From Eledone cirrhosa (Eukaryota): DNA of 64,000 nucleotides. The translations under genes and the position numbers were made by a program. The stretch is from the NCBI GenBank assembly GCA_964016885.1, contig OZ024753.1:14818001-14882000 (forward strand), written 5' to 3'. The number at the start of each line of letters is the position of its first letter. The stretch's first letter is position 1. Below, piece by piece: positions 25,346 through 39,916 of this stretch. The notes beneath the pieces are model-generated. The model did not search any database. It saw only the letters and a program-made list of their open reading frames with translations, and was not told the origin of the DNA.

Positions 25346-25854
25346 ATTTTTTTATGGTAACAACAACAAAAACGACTACAATATCAACTACAACAACAAC
25401 AAATACAACAGCAGGAATTACTACAATAATGGTAACAACAACGACTACAACAACAACTACAATAACTACAACAACAGGAATTACTACAATAGTGGTAACA
25501 ACAACAACATCGACATCAACTACAACAACAATAACAAGATCAACAACATTGACAACATCAGCATCGACAACAACATCTGCAACAAAAAGACAACAAGAAC
25601 AATAGCAACAACAAAACAATAAGGGTTAAGACGCCCTTTGGTCATGAATGACCATGGCACCAGAAAGTTTTCCTCCGGGGCACAAGTCCTTGGGCAAGGT
25701 TGTTTCAGGAAGACCAGCAGTTCTCCATGTATACCAGCCTACACTCTCCATGACACTGATGTTGTGCTAAGGCAATGGCTGCTACAGCTTGGCCCCAGTG
25801 ATGTCGCATCTTATATACAAACACCATATACATAATTTTTTTTTTTTTTTTTTT

Positions 25855-26171
25855 CACGTCTGCTTTTCCCTGCTTGCAAGGGTGGGACGGGAACTGATTC
25901 TGGCTTGATTTCTACAGCTGGATGCCCTTCCTAACACCAACCTCATTTACAGTGAGTGCTGGGTGCTTTTTTGCCGTGGCACCTCCACGACCACTTTACA
26001 GTGGAATGATAGGGACCCAAGTCCTATCAGCTCATTTCTACAGCTGAGTAAACTGGAGCAATGTGAAATAAAGTGTCTTGCTCAAGGAAACAATACATCA
26101 CCCGGTCTGAGAATTGAATTCACAACCTTTTCATTGCAAAGCCAATGCTCTAACCATTAAGCCATGTGCCT

Positions 26172-26172
<1 letters not shown>
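25855..26172 (-). mobile_element. SINE family B (family-1 tail)
   Basis: Consensus match. Confidence 0.85.
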
Positions 26173-26217
<45 letters not shown>

Positions 26218-26218
<1 letters not shown>

Positions 26219-26950
26219 TAGGGACAAATATGTATGCAGTACATGTACAGGGAAGTTAGACAGTAGAAGTCGCATTGATAGACACATTTTTCAAATGCAG
26301 GAGGGCGGTATAAAAGTGGTGGATAGCTTCCGGTACCTAGGAGATCAGATTAGCATGGGAGGAGGGTGTTTCGAGGCCATAGTATCTAGAATAAGGACGG
26401 GTTGGAAGAAGTTTAGGGAGCTGCTTCCTCTGTTGACGAAGAAGGGTTTCTCCCTGCATACGAAAGGCCGGTTGTATGATGCCTGTGTGAGGAGCGCGAT
26501 GCTGCATGGTAGTGAGACATGGGCAGCAACTGCAGAGGATATGCGACGGCTGGAGAGAAATGAGGCAAGCATGCTCCATTGGATGTGCAGTGTAAATGTG
26601 CGTGAACGACCCAGCATAAATGTGTTGAGAGAGAAACTGTGTCTGAGAGGGATAGAATGTAGTGTACAGGAGAGGAGACTGAGGTGGTATGGACATGTGA
26701 TGCGCATGGAGGATGACCGATGGGTGAAGAAGTGCCAGGAAATGCCAGTTGAAGGAAGACGTGGTAGAGGTAGACCACGAAAAACATGGGCGGAGGTGGT
26801 GAGAACAGACCTCAGATCATTGAAGCTCACGGTGGAGATGACGAAGGACCGTGACGAGTGGAGAGATGCTGTGCTGAATAAGACCCGTCCCACCCTTGCA
26901 AGCAGGGAAAAGCGGACGTAAAATGATGATGATGATGATGATGATGATGA
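26218..26950 (+). mobile_element. RTE LINE family 1, 3' fragment with open frame
   Basis: [58 protein letters not shown], then (ATG)n. Confidence 0.95.
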
Positions 26951-26951
26951 T

Positions 26952-27666
26952 ATCGATCGACTTTCGTCAAATTGGACCGAGGAAACAATGTTTCCGTTGG
27001 TCTTTCCAATTGCTAATACTATCTATCGGTCGCAACTCCAGGTAGAAGGAGCAACGTGAAATAAAGTGTCTTGCTCAAGGATATAACGCATCGCCCGGTC
27101 CAGGAATCAAACTCACAACCTCACGATTGCGAATTCAATTCTCTAACCACTCAGCTATGTGCCCTCACACACCATATACACTTTATATATATACTATATA
27201 CACTATAGTATATACTATATATACTATAGGCCAATAGAGCTTGGCATCAGTGACGTCACAACATATACAATATACTATAGATATATATATATATACACTA
27301 TATACTCTATATATACACTATCATTTCATCATCATTTCATTTTACGTCCGCTTTTCCCTGCTTGCAAGGGTGGGACGGGAACTGATTCTGGCTTGATTTC
27401 TACAGCTGGATGCCCTTTCTAACACCAACCTCATTTACAGTGAGGGCTGGGTGCTTTTTTTCCGTGGCACCACCTCCACGACCACTTTGCAGTGGAATGA
27501 TATGGACCCCAGTCCCTATCATCTCATTTCTACAGCTGAGTAAACTGGAGCAATGTGAAATAAAGTGTCTTGCTTAAGGAAACAACACATCACTCGGTCT
27601 GAGAATTGAACTCACAACCTTTCGATTTGAAGGCCAATGCTCTAACCACTAAGCCATGTGCCTCCA
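26952..27666 (-). mobile_element. SINE B variant (26952-27167) and SINE B (27322-27666)
   Basis: Consensus matches. Confidence 0.82.
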
Positions 27667-27675
27667 GGCGTTCAA

Positions 27676-28228
27676 ATATATATATACACTATATACACAC
27701 TATATATACATTATATATATAGACGCTATATATAAATATATACACTATATATACATTATATATACACTATATACACAATATAAATACACTATATATACAC
27801 TGTATATAAACTATCGACAGTCGATCGACTTTTGTCAAATCGGACCGAGGAAACAATGTTTCCATTGGTCTTACCAATTGCTAATTCTATACATTATATA
27901 TACACTATATATACATTATAAATACACTATATATACATTATATATACACTATATATACATTATAAATACACTATATATACATTATATATACACTATATAT
28001 ACATTATAAATACACTGTATATACATTATATATACACTATATATACATTATAAATACACTATATATACATTATAAATACACTATATATACATTATAAATA
28101 CACTATATATACATTATATATACACTATATATACATAATAAATACACTATATATACATTATATATACACTATATATACATAATAAATACACTATATATAC
28201 ATTATATATAAATATATACACTATATAT
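27676..28228. repeat. TA-rich patterned repeat (tatatacac/tatatacat units); a similar tract lies at 31755-32022
   Basis: Direct reading; both tracts flank the CR1 insertion. Confidence 0.9.
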
Positions 28229-31200
28229 AATAATAATGATAATAATGAAATTATTGTGTACAGTGCTCAGGTGCACTACAACTCATCAAAGGTGCATGTA
28301 TAGTACATAGAATAATGTACAAATGTCAGGAAAATGAACAGTGTATGAGTCATGATATAATAATAATAATAATAATAATGAAATATTGTGTACAGTGCCC
28401 AGGTGCACCACAACTCATCAAAAAGCGCATGTACAGTACATAGGGCAATGCACAAACATCAGGAAAATGAACAGTGCACGAGTCATGATACACACATGTG
28501 TGCATGTGTATGGAAGGGGTACATCAGGTGTAGTTTTGGCATATTTCGGGAAGCATGAGTGTCTTAAAGGATGCAGTGTCTCGGCAGCTAACAACTGACG
28601 CAGGCAGTTTGTTCCATGCTTCAACAACTCTGAGTGTGAAAAAATGTCTACGAAAGTCATGGGAGCTGTGCTGTTTTCTGATTTTGCAGGCATGTCCACA
28701 TGTGTTAGACATATGGAGATCAAAAAGGTGCTCAGGGTTGCAATTGGCGAGATGGTTAATAACTTTGTGGGTATTTACCAAGTCCATTGCCAGACGTCGG
28801 AGCTTCAATGAATCCATGCCCAGGAAAGCAAGGCGTTCAGAGTATGGTAGGTGTCTGATGGAGGGTATGCGCTTGGTTGCACGTCTCTGAACAGTTTCCA
28901 GGAGGTCAATGTTCTGAGCAAGATAGGGGTTCCAGACTGATGATGCGAATTCCAAGTGTGGTCGTACCATAGCTGTATACAGTTTTAAATAGATGGCTGG
29001 AGAGCGGCTAACAAAGGTCTTGCTGAGTGATACCAAGATACCCTCGGCCTTCTTGACAATCTTAGAGACATGCTTTGTCCAATGCAAATCGCTGCTGACA
29101 GTAATGCCCAGGTCACGTTCACAAGAGGACTTCTTGATATCAGTGTTGTGGAGGGAGTATGTGGATGCTGGATTTTTCCTCCCAAAATGCATGGTGGTAC
29201 ACTTGTCCACAGCCAGCTTCAGTTGCCAGTCTGTGATCCATTGCTGCATTGTGTCCAGGTCTGATTGCAGGAAAGTCCTTTTGATTTCAAGGTACAGCTT
29301 GATGTCATCTGCATATTTCAGTACCGTGGCATTCTGTAAGTTGGCATCTATGTCATTCATATATGCCACAAACAAAAGGGGACCAAGAACAGATCCCTGT
29401 GGTACACCAGATGACATCTCATATGGTGAAGAATGCTGTCCTAGAACCGTGACTACTTCTTTTCGGCTGAGAATGAAGGATTTCAACCAGTCAAAAAGAT
29501 CATCCCTCACACCCATTGCAGAGAGTTTTGACATAAGTCTTTTGTGTGGCACAGAATTAAAAGCCTTAGCAAAGTCAAGGTAAACAACATCCACCCATGA
29601 GCCGCTGTCAGTGATCCGGGTGATATCTTCAAGGAACTCGATAAGCTGATCACATCAGCTGGAGTTAGGGATAAATCCAAATTGTGAGGGCCGGATGAGG
29701 CTGTGAGAGCTCCAGAAGTTCCAAAGTGTTTCTCTGACACAGGATTCCATCAGTTTGGCCATACAGCTAGTAAGACTGACTGGACGATAGTTGACAGGTG
29801 ACATGCGGTTGCCCTTTTTGAACAGGGGAATGACACTGGCAGCTTTCCACTGCTCTGGAGTAGCACCATTGTTGAGACAGAATTGAAAGAAGAAAGAAAG
29901 CTGGCGCAAAAGGAAATACCCGCCATGTTTGAGAAGCAGGTATGTCACACCATCAAGACCAGGGGAGGCATAGTTGCGCTTATTCTTATGGTGACGTCGC
30001 AACATTGCAGGTGTAAATTCCATAGTTTTTTATGGAATTTGATGTTAGAGATGGTGAAGATGGTACATTCTGGTTTTCAACAGTAAAAATACTTGCATAG
30101 CACTCAGCAATGAGTTCTGCGCATTCTTTGGGATCGTCAGTGATCTGGCTTGAGTGGGGACTGCGAAGAGGACCAACTGGAGAGTGAATGAACATATTTC
30201 CAGAACACCTTACTATCAGGATTGGTTGCTATGCACTGTTCAAATTCAAGCACTGCCTTCTTTGTCACTTGCTTGAGATGGTTAGAAGATTTATTCCACT
30301 TTTTTCTGTTGGCATCTGATTTATGCAGTTTATATTCCCATTCAGCGTTCCGACGTTCTTTCCTGGCAAGTCGGACCGCTGAAGTTTCCCAAATTGCACT
30401 TTTGGGGTGGTTTTTTTTCTGCTTACGTGGCACCAATGCTGCACACGCTATCCATATCGAGTCCAGGATGTTCTGGAGTATAGTGTTCACATCTCCAGAG
30501 TTATACATCTCATGCCAGTTTGGGCGCTGTAGCTCAGTGCAGTATAAGTTCCAGTCTGCTTTCTTCCAATCAAAGCAAGCAGATTGGAGATGGCTCTGGT
30601 TTTTGTTGCTGCCCTCAAGTGCCATATTGGCAATGATCATAGCATGATCAGAGTCGCCTAGAGGTTCCTCAGTAGTACAACTGATAACCACTTCAGGAGT
30701 AGTGGTGAAGATCAGGTCCAAAGTGTTGTCACCTCTTGTTGGAGAGGTGACTACTTGTGACCAGTTTGAGTCCAACACTAGTTCAAGGAAATCGTTTGCA
30801 TCTTGTGGCCAACGAAAGGTTTCCCAATCGATCTCAGGATGATTGAAGTCACCTGCAATAAACACATAAGTGGCTGTTTTCTTGGCAGCAACTCTGAGGA
30901 TATTGCAAAGCTGTGTGTCCTGATGGTAGTTTGGGAGGCGATAAACAACACCAAGCAGAAGTGTTGACATGGTCATACGTATGTCACAGAAAAAAACTTC
31001 TTCCTGTGATTCGTTCAAATCAACGCAAGGAATTACCGAAAAGTTTGAACGAACGTAGACCATCACACCACCACCACGGCGATTAATGCGGTCCTTGCGG
31101 AAAAGGTTGTACCTAGTAATGCTGAAAACCCCATCACAGAGTAAGGAATGTGCCCATGTTTCTGTGACTGTGTTGAAGTCAGGGTCGATGCTTCTGACGT

Positions 31201-31335
31201 AGGATTCAAACAGATGTATTTTGTTGCATAAACTGCGAGCATTTAAGGACAAAAATTTGTACCCTGTTTGCAGTTTATGATGGTGTGTAGAGGGTGGCAG
31301 GTGGTTCTGGTTTAGTTTCCCAGAGTTGTAGCAGT
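28229..31335 (-). mobile_element. CR1/Jockey-group LINE, near-complete ORF2 (AP endonuclease + RT), frameshifted, with duplicated 3' end
   Basis: SLNARSL..VTETW..GGGV..GVVYR..AGDFNHP..TRGDNTLDL..SDH (30137-31252); SPGLDG, NYRPVSLTS, QFGF (29655-30023); YLDFAKAF, GVPQGSVLGPLLF, YADD, VRPHLEF..VWNP (28524-29594); (ATT)n tail. Confidence 0.95.
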
Positions 31336-31375
31336 TTTTTCATATATATATACATAATATATACACTATATATAA

Positions 31376-31560
31376 ATAATTGTTTCTACTTTTAGGCACA
31401 AGGCCAGCAATTACCCAGTGCATTACTGGTACTTTATTTTATCGACCCCGTAAGGATGAAAGGCAAAGTCAACCTCGGCGGGATTTGAACTCAGATCGTA
31501 AAGGGACGTAACTATGCTGGAAAGCATGGCGTCCGACCCGCTACTGATACTGCCAATCCA
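31376..31560 (-). mobile_element. SINE family A with target-site duplication
   Basis: cactatatataaataat on both sides. Confidence 0.9.
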
Positions 31561-31635
31561 CTATATATAAATAATATATACACTATATATATGATAAAGA
31601 ACACAAGAGTGTCTACAACATCAAAAGATTTTTAT

Positions 31636-31684
31636 TAGCTTTCAATGTTTCTTCCTTACGTAACCGTAGGTATCGTCACAGCTA
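31636..31684 (-). ncRNA. Degenerate hammerhead-like motif
   Basis: Minus strand agcu GUGACGA ua ccuacg guua cguaagg aa GAAA cauug AA agcu, then AATAAA; two core substitutions. Confidence 0.4.
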
Positions 31685-32021
31685 TAAAAGGGGTTTGATT
31701 GGTGTTAATGGGACACGGGTATACAATAGCTAACTCCTATTAACCTAAGTATTACACTATATATATAAATATATACACTATATATATAAATATATACACT
31801 ATATATATAAATATATACACTGTATACAAATATATACACTATATATAAATATATACACTATATATACATTATCTATACACTATATATATAAATATATACA
31901 CTATATATATAAATATATACACTGTATACAAATATATACACTATATATACATTATATATACACTATATATAAATATATACACTATATATACATTATATAT
32001 ACATTATATATACACTATATA

Positions 32022-32223
32022 TGATGATCTCCAAGGGAAAGACAATGGCCAATACAGCTTGGTACCAGTGACGTCGCAACTCATTTCTACAGCTGAGTAA
32101 ACTGGAGCAACGTGATATAAAGTGTCTTGCTCAAGGACACAAAACATCAGCCGGTCCGAGAATTGAACTCACAACCTTTCGATTACAAGCCCACCAGTTT
32201 AACCACTAAACCATGCACCTTCA
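32022..32223 (-). mobile_element. SINE B head with a third body type
   Basis: Head and CORE-like centre joined to ..gcgacgtcactggtaccaagctg.., related to 25620-25810. Confidence 0.75.
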
Positions 32224-32494
32224 CAACAACAGCAGCAGCACAGCAGCAACAGTGGCAGTAAAAACAGCAGTAACAAATGAACAACAACAGGACAACAACA
32301 ACAACAACAACAGACAATATGGGGACTCAGTCAAAATTTGATTAACTGGAACTTTATTAAATTACATTTTGAGAACTGATGGTTTATTTCCTGCAATACA
32401 CACACACATACACACACGTGTGTGTGTGTATATATATATATATATATGTGTGTGTTTATATATATATATTTTTTATGTATATATATATATATAA

Positions 32495-33728
32495 TCATCA
32501 TCATCATCATCGTTTAACATCCATCTTCCACGCTTGGCAAGATTGGTTGTCTTGCTCGTATAGGACTGTCTGGTGGGTTTTCTACGGCTAGATGCCCTTC
32601 CTAACACCAACCACGTTTACAGTGTGGAACTGGGAGGTTTTTACCATGTTACCTACACGGCCACATTACAGCGTGGACTGTGTGTTTTTTTTGTCGTGAC
32701 ACCTATACGACTTCATTTATTTCGGAAGGATGTTGTGGTACCAACATAACTTTACATCAAAAGGGGTGGTGTGGATGACGTGGGGGTGGTGGTACAGGGG
32801 TGTATTTTTGTTAGAGGTGCCTACTGACTGTAATTTCGCTTTGTACTTAGGCAAGGCGGGTCTTCTGTATTACTGTGTAGCACCAAAGATCTCGGTCCAG
32901 TGACATTGTCTTGGAGAGGTGTAAGTGTATGAGGTCAGAATTTATCAAGTCGTTCCAGATTTTTCTGGGTCTGCCTACTCCGTGGCTACCATCTATTTTT
33001 ATTGCCCTGCACCTTTTTATACAGCTGTCGTCTTTCATGCGCATCACGTGACCATACCAACGTAGCCTTCTCTCGAGTAAACAACATCTGATTCCTCTTA
33101 TTCCTAATTTCTCCCTTAGTTCATTTATGCTTTGCCATTCACGTATATTACTATTACACATCCAACGGAGCATGCAAGCTTCATTCCATTCCAGTCTGCA
33201 CACAATGCCCAAGTCTCACTGCCATGCAACATTGCTGTTCGTATGCAGGAATCATACAGCCTGCCTTTCATTTTTAGAGAGAACCCTTTAGCGGCCAATA
33301 GTGGTATAAGCTCTCTGAACTTTTTCCATCCCGTTCTAACTCTAGCTACTGTACTTTCAGAACACCCTCCACCACTGCTGATTTTGTCACCCAGGTAACG
33401 GAAGGTGTCCACTATTTCTATAGAACCATCTGTGCAATGGAATGAGCTAGTATTCTGTGGGCACTTGCTGCTACTTATTGCACCTGAGCACCGGCCACAT
33501 ATAAAATCTATATTCTTAGTTAGCTTACCTGTGATCCCACTACATCTTCTATGCACCCATACTTTGCATTTGGGACATAAAATGGAGTTTCTGACGACTC
33601 CTTTCCTACACACTGAGCATGGCCATTTCCCAGATGGGACCAGTGCCCTATTTTCCTTCCTACAATCTAGAACTTTAGTCTTAGACAGGTTAATTTTAAG
33701 GCCTTTTGATTCTAGGCCATGCTTCCAT
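32495..33728 (-). mobile_element. RTE LINE (family-2-like) 3' fragment with a different 3'-UTR
   Basis: ORFs 33125-33820 and 32847-33212 (GKWPCSVCRKG, FRYLGD, RRLRWYGH), frameshifted. Confidence 0.92.
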
Positions 33729-33734
33729 ATGTAT

Positions 33735-33816
<82 letters not shown>

Positions 33817-33875
33817 GCATATATATCTACATATGTATATATAAATAGATTTATGAGTATATATGTATACATACA

Positions 33876-33906
<31 letters not shown>

Positions 33907-33939
33907 TTATACACATATTTATATGCCTGGGAAAAGTAA

Positions 33940-35275
33940 AACAGATGCCCTCTTCTTGGTGAGACAATTACAAGAGAGCTTCTTGAGAAGATTAAGCCAC
34001 TATACTTAGCCTTTGTTGACCTAGAGAAGGCCTTTGATAGGGTATCCCGATCTGTCATCTGGTGGTCTCTAAGGAAACTAGGTGTAGAAGAATGGCTTGT
34101 GAGAACGGTGCAAGCTATGTACAGAGGTGCTGTCAGTAAAGTCAGGGTAGGAGTGGAGTTTAGTGAGGAATTCCAGATACAAGTAGGAGTAATCAGGGTT
34201 CGGTCCTCACCCCGCTCTTGTTCATTATAGTCCTCCAAGCTATAACAGAGGAGTTTAAGACTGGCTGTCCACGGGAACTTCTCTATGCTGACAATCTGGT
34301 TCTTATAGCAGAATCAGTAAAGGAGCTAGAGAATAAATTCTGGCTATGGAAACAGCAGTTGGAAGCAAGAGGACTGAGAGTGAACCTAGCTAAGACATAA
34401 GTGTTGATGAGTAGAAAAGAGGACAAAACTCTGATTCCGTCAGGGAAATGGCCATGTTCAATATGCAGAAAAGGAACTGGCATAAATTCTATAAAATCCA
34501 GACAGTGCAGATACTGGGTACACAAGAGATGTAGCGGGATAGCAGGCAAACTAACAGGTGGGGAGAAATATGTATGCAGTAGATGTACAGGGAAATTAGA
34601 CAGTAGAATTCGCATTGATAAACACATTTTTCAAATGCAGGCGGGTTCTATAGAAGTGGTGGATAGCTTCCGGTACCTAGGAGATCAGATTAGCATGGGA
34701 GGGGGGTGTTCCAAGGCCATAGTATCTAGAATAAGGACGGGTTGGAAGAAATTTAGGAAGCTGGTTCCTCTGCTGACGAAGAAGGGTTTCTCCCTGCGTA
34801 CGAAAGGCCGGTTATATGATGCCTGTGTGAGGAGCGCAATGCTGCATGGTAGTGAGACATGGGCAGCAACTGCAGAGGATATGCGAAGGCTGGAGAGAAA
34901 TGAGGCAAGCATGCTCCATTGAATGTGTAATGTCAATGTGCATGAATGACCCAGCATGGATGTGTTCAGAAAGAAACTGTGTCCGAGAGGGATAGAATGT
35001 AGTGTGCGGGAGAGGAGACTGCGGTGGTATGGACATGTGATGCGCATAGAGGATGACCAATGGATGAAGAAGTGCCAGGAAATGGCAGTTGAAGGAAGAC
35101 ATGGTAGAAGTAGCCCACGAAAAACATGGGCGGAAGTGGTGAGAAAAGACCTCGGATCGCTGAAATTCACGGTGGAGATGACGAAGGACCATGACAAGTG
35201 GGGAGATGCTGTACTGAATAAGACCCATCCCACCCTTGCAAGCAGGGAAAAGCAGACGTAAAATGATGATGATGA
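33940..35275 (+). mobile_element. RTE LINE family 1 with RT domain, multiple stops
   Basis: YLAFVDLEKAFDRV, LLYADNLVL, through to the 3' end and (ATG)n. Confidence 0.93.
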
Positions 35276-35323
35276 TATATATTTATGAATATATGTATAT
35301 ATATATACATATATAAGTACATA

Positions 35324-35382
<59 letters not shown>

Positions 35383-35744
35383 GTATGTTATTGGAAATTT
35401 GTTTTTTTGTGCACCTGTTCCTACATTTCTTCTCATAGAATCTATCTGTTTGCCTCTGTGTGTGAACATCATCATTATCGTTTAATGTATATTCTTACTG
35501 CTAGCATATGTGCAATTATATACACTCGTATATATACGAATATATGTGTGTGTCTATATATATAAATATATGAAACACAAATTTAAATAATTTTGAAAAC
35601 CATACAATGCATTAGAAAGAAAATCATGTTTCTTTTGTAATTTTAGCACTCTTCATTTTCTTTCTAATTCATTGTATGATTTTCAAAATTTTATAAATTT
35701 GTATTTCCTATTCAACAATGCTTCAAGCAAACTACAACACTCTG

Positions 35745-35774
35745 ATATATATAAATATATATATATATATAAAA

Positions 35775-35819
<45 letters not shown>

Positions 35820-36589
35820 TAAATATATATATATATAAATATATATAAATATATATAAATATATATATAAATATATATATAAATATATATATATAAATAT
35901 ATATAAATATATATATATAAATATATATAAATATATATATATAAATATATATAAATATATATATATAAATATATATATATAAATATATATATATAAATAT
36001 ATATATATAAATATATATAAAAATATATATATAAAAATATATATATAAATATATATATAAATATATATATAAATATATATATAAATATATATATAAATAT
36101 ATACGATATTAAACAAATGGAAACTATATTTATAAAACCATATTTATTTCGTTATATATATTTCTGGGATATCATATTAAAAATATGGTATGCCTTCCTC
36201 AGACAAAATACAATATATAAGCTGTTTTATAAATAATTTTTGACATACCTTATAAATAATTCAACTTCCATTTAAAAAGTTGATTTTAAATGGAAGTTGC
36301 ATTATTTTAAATGGAAGTTGCATTTTTTATAAGGTATGTCAAAAATTATTTATAAAACAGCTTATGTATTGTATTTTGTCTGAGGAAGGCATACCATATT
36401 TTTAATATGATATCCCAGAAATATATATAACAAAATAAATATGGTTTTATAAATATAGTTTCCATTTGTTTAATATCGTAAACCTACTCCAGAAACTGTT
36501 GAGTGCTTTTATATCAGTTATAAAATATTTACTCGTTGTAACCCAACAATCTTAAATAAAACTTTTGCATATATAAATATATATATATT

Positions 36590-36622
<33 letters not shown>

Positions 36623-36638
36623 ATAAATATATAAATAT

Positions 36639-36671
<33 letters not shown>

Positions 36672-36706
36672 AATATATATAAATATATATAAATATATAT
36701 AAATAT

Positions 36707-36737
<31 letters not shown>

Positions 36738-36812
36738 AATATATATATATATATCAATATATATTTATATATATATATAAATATATATATATATAAATAT
36801 ATATATAAATAT

Positions 36813-36843
<31 letters not shown>

Positions 36844-36912
36844 AATATATATATATATATCAATATATATTTATATATATATATAAATATATATATATAA
36901 ATATATATATAA

Positions 36913-36959
<47 letters not shown>

Positions 36960-37048
36960 TATATATATATTTATAAATATATAAATATATATATACATAA
37001 ATATATAAATATATATATACATAAATATATAAATATATATATATATAA

Positions 37049-37100
<52 letters not shown>
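35745..37100. repeat. (TA)n/(TATATAAA)n tract interrupted by a foldback cassette
   Basis: Direct reading. Confidence 0.93.
36102..36570. mobile_element. PLE-like foldback with about 175-bp arms and a hammerhead on each arm (+36373-36436; -36144-36208)
   Basis: auuuugu CUGAGGA aggcauacc..gauauccca GAAA uauaua UA acaaaau; one-sided tail with TTGAGTGCT. Confidence 0.82.
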
Positions 37101-37103
<3 letters not shown>

Positions 37104-38014
37104 AAGTGTTAAAACGATCAAATTTCAGTTTAGAACATTTATTTGCTGACAATTGTTTCTTCCAGAGGGAAGTGTGGGTCCATCAGAGCATAGGGTATGT
37201 TAAAACATGTGACTGAAAACCTAGTCATTTAGAACATTTAGGGTACATAATTGTTGTTAGTGTCAAAGGCAGGAACATTACATTTTAGTTCCCCAATGAC
37301 ATAGGTTCGTTTCTGCATATGCTGCAGTAGAAGAACACATATGTAATCAAGTGATGACTATACTTGAATCTTTGTAAGTAATGAAAGGTCTTGCACTGGA
37401 CTAATGTCACTCTCTGGACAACTGTGACAGATATACAGAAAGAAGAGCAAGTCAACATCATTGGTTGACATTGAATTATAGGTTTTACAACAGAGTTTTT
37501 CTTCTAGAATGATGTCCTAACAAGAATTAGGGGTCTCTTACTCTATACCCACATATATCATCATCAATGTTTAACATCCATTTTTCTATGCTAGCATGGG
37601 TAAGACGAGTCGTCCTGTTGTGAGACAAGTCAGATCAGATGACCGTGTCTTGCTCATAGAAACTGATTCTGGCTTGGTTTCTATAGCAGGAAACTCTTCC
37701 TAACACCAACCATATTTACATGTATATGTATGAATTTCCTTCAGATCTAGCTATTGAAACAGCAGGAGCTCAGCCATCGGGTTCCTGAATTCTTCATATA
37801 TCATCATCATCGATTAACGTCTATGTTCCGTGCTAGCATGGGTTAGACAGGTCCCATTTAGAGGCAAGTTGGGTCGGGTGACCATGTCTTGCTCATATAG
37901 GAGTGTTTCCGGCTGGCTTTCTATTGCTGGATGCGCTTCTTAACGCCAACCACATTGACAGGGTGTGCTGGGTACTTTTTGCCATGTCTTTTACACATCC
38001 ACTTTACTTATGTA

Positions 38015-38311
38015 CTAGCAGAATGACAAGGCGTTGCTTGGGATTTGCTCTAGGGTTCTTATATATTTGATATATATTTATCCTTATCGAGCCTCGTTAA
38101 ATAAATACGTTTGTTTATATTTTGTTATTGTGTATGCAAAAATATCTATACACGAATATATAATTATATATATATATATATATTAAAATAACAGATTAAA
38201 GTTTAAGCAAAGAATCGCTGCTTTCACCCTTAAAGGGATCTTCTGAAACTAAAAAATCAATCTGTGAACGCAGAAGTAAATATTTCGAAAAACGTTACAC
38301 ACTATATATAC

Positions 38312-38343
<32 letters not shown>

Positions 38344-38622
38344 AGTGTCATAATGTCGTAATGCAGACAGCTATTATAAGGACGCAACGTTACATGTATG
38401 TATCTATCTAAAAAGAAAGACTAAGACTTATAGAGAGAGATCGTTAAATCGCCTAATGCGGTCCCTAGGGCATTGAAAATTTGAAATTTTTTTTTTTCAA
38501 TACACTCACAGGACCATAAGTATTACAAGTGTAAAGTTTGAAAACAATCGGTTGGGTGGTTCTCGAGTTTTAGGGATTCAGATAGACAGACAGACAGACT
38601 TCCTCTGTTTTAGGTCTATAGA
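38015..38622 (-). mobile_element. Non-autonomous Helitron-like element
   Basis: Minus strand starts TC and ends CTAG, between host A and T; subterminal hairpin caag-gcgttg-cttg; (GTCT)n near the 5' end. Related sequence at about 40525-41015. Confidence 0.65.
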
Positions 38623-38869
38623 TAATATGCGCATGCACACAGTCACAACCATGCATATAGGATGATGCATGTGAAATGCTGTAGAGAATACAAAGAATTC
38701 CGTGTGATGTGCAGTGTAGTGCACTGTTAAGTTCCAATTATGTTGAAGATACGTGCATTTCCATTTATTTGAAAATGAAACAGAAGATCCAGCATTCCAC
38801 CATTGCTGCTTGATTGTCAATTTAGCTAATTCTGTCTTTAGCTAGCTAGTGAGATTCCAGTGTTATTAG

Positions 38870-39193
38870 AGACAGAGAGGAAGACTGAGGCAGAGAGAGA
38901 AAGAGAGAGATGGTAGGGATGAGAATGAGAGGGTGGTATGACACAAACACAGAGAGAAAGCGGGAGAGAGAGAGAGAAGAGAGACAAAGAGAGATAAAGA
39001 GAGACAGAGAGAAGGTGAGGGAAGTGGGGGGAGAGAGAACAATAAGGGTCGAGAGACGCAGAAAGAAAGAGTGGGAGAGAGATAGTGACAGAGGGGGAGA
39101 GAGAGGGAGAGAAAAAGAGAGAGCGAGTGACACAAACACAGAGAGGGAAACAGAGACAGAGAAGGAAAGAGTAGGAAAGAGACAGTGACATAA

Positions 39194-39275
<82 letters not shown>

Positions 39276-39499
39276 GAAGAGAGAGAGAAAGAGAGACAGA
39301 GAGAAGGTGAGGGAAGTGGGGGAGAGAGAACAATAAGGGTCGAGAGACGCAGAAAGAAAGAGTGGGAGAGAGATAGTGACAGAGAGAGAGAAAAGGGGAG
39401 AGAGAGGGAGAGAAAAAGAGAGAGCGAGTGACACAAACACAGAGAGAAAAAGCGGAAACAGAGACAGAGAAGGAAAGAGTAGGAAAGAGACAGTGACAT

Positions 39500-39569
<70 letters not shown>

Positions 39570-39585
39570 AGAAAGAGAGAGAGAA
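38870..39585. repeat. GA-rich tract with an about 290-bp duplicated unit
   Basis: gaaggtgagggaagtggggg..aataagggtcgagagacgcag..gacagtgacataaaga(ga)n occurs twice. Confidence 0.9.
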
Positions 39586-39732
39586 ATTTAGTAAATTCAT
39601 TGTTATTTACGATATAAAAAGATTATGATTGAAAATGATATTTTAGGAATGGAAAAAAGTACTTTTTCCTTACAATATATATTTCATTTATGAATCACGT
39701 CTTCTATAATGACATTACTCCCTTGCTCTATA

Positions 39733-39769
<37 letters not shown>

Positions 39770-39916
39770 TGAAGGTACATGGTTTAGTGGTTAGAGCGTC
39801 AGGCTTACAATCTTGAGGTTGTGAGTTCAGTTCTCGGACCGGTCTTTACATTGTGTTCTTGAGCAAGACACTTTATTTCACGTTGCTCCAGTGCACTCAG
39901 CTGTAGAAATGAGTTT
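39770..39916 (+). mobile_element. SINE B head/core
   Basis: Consensus match. Confidence 0.78.
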
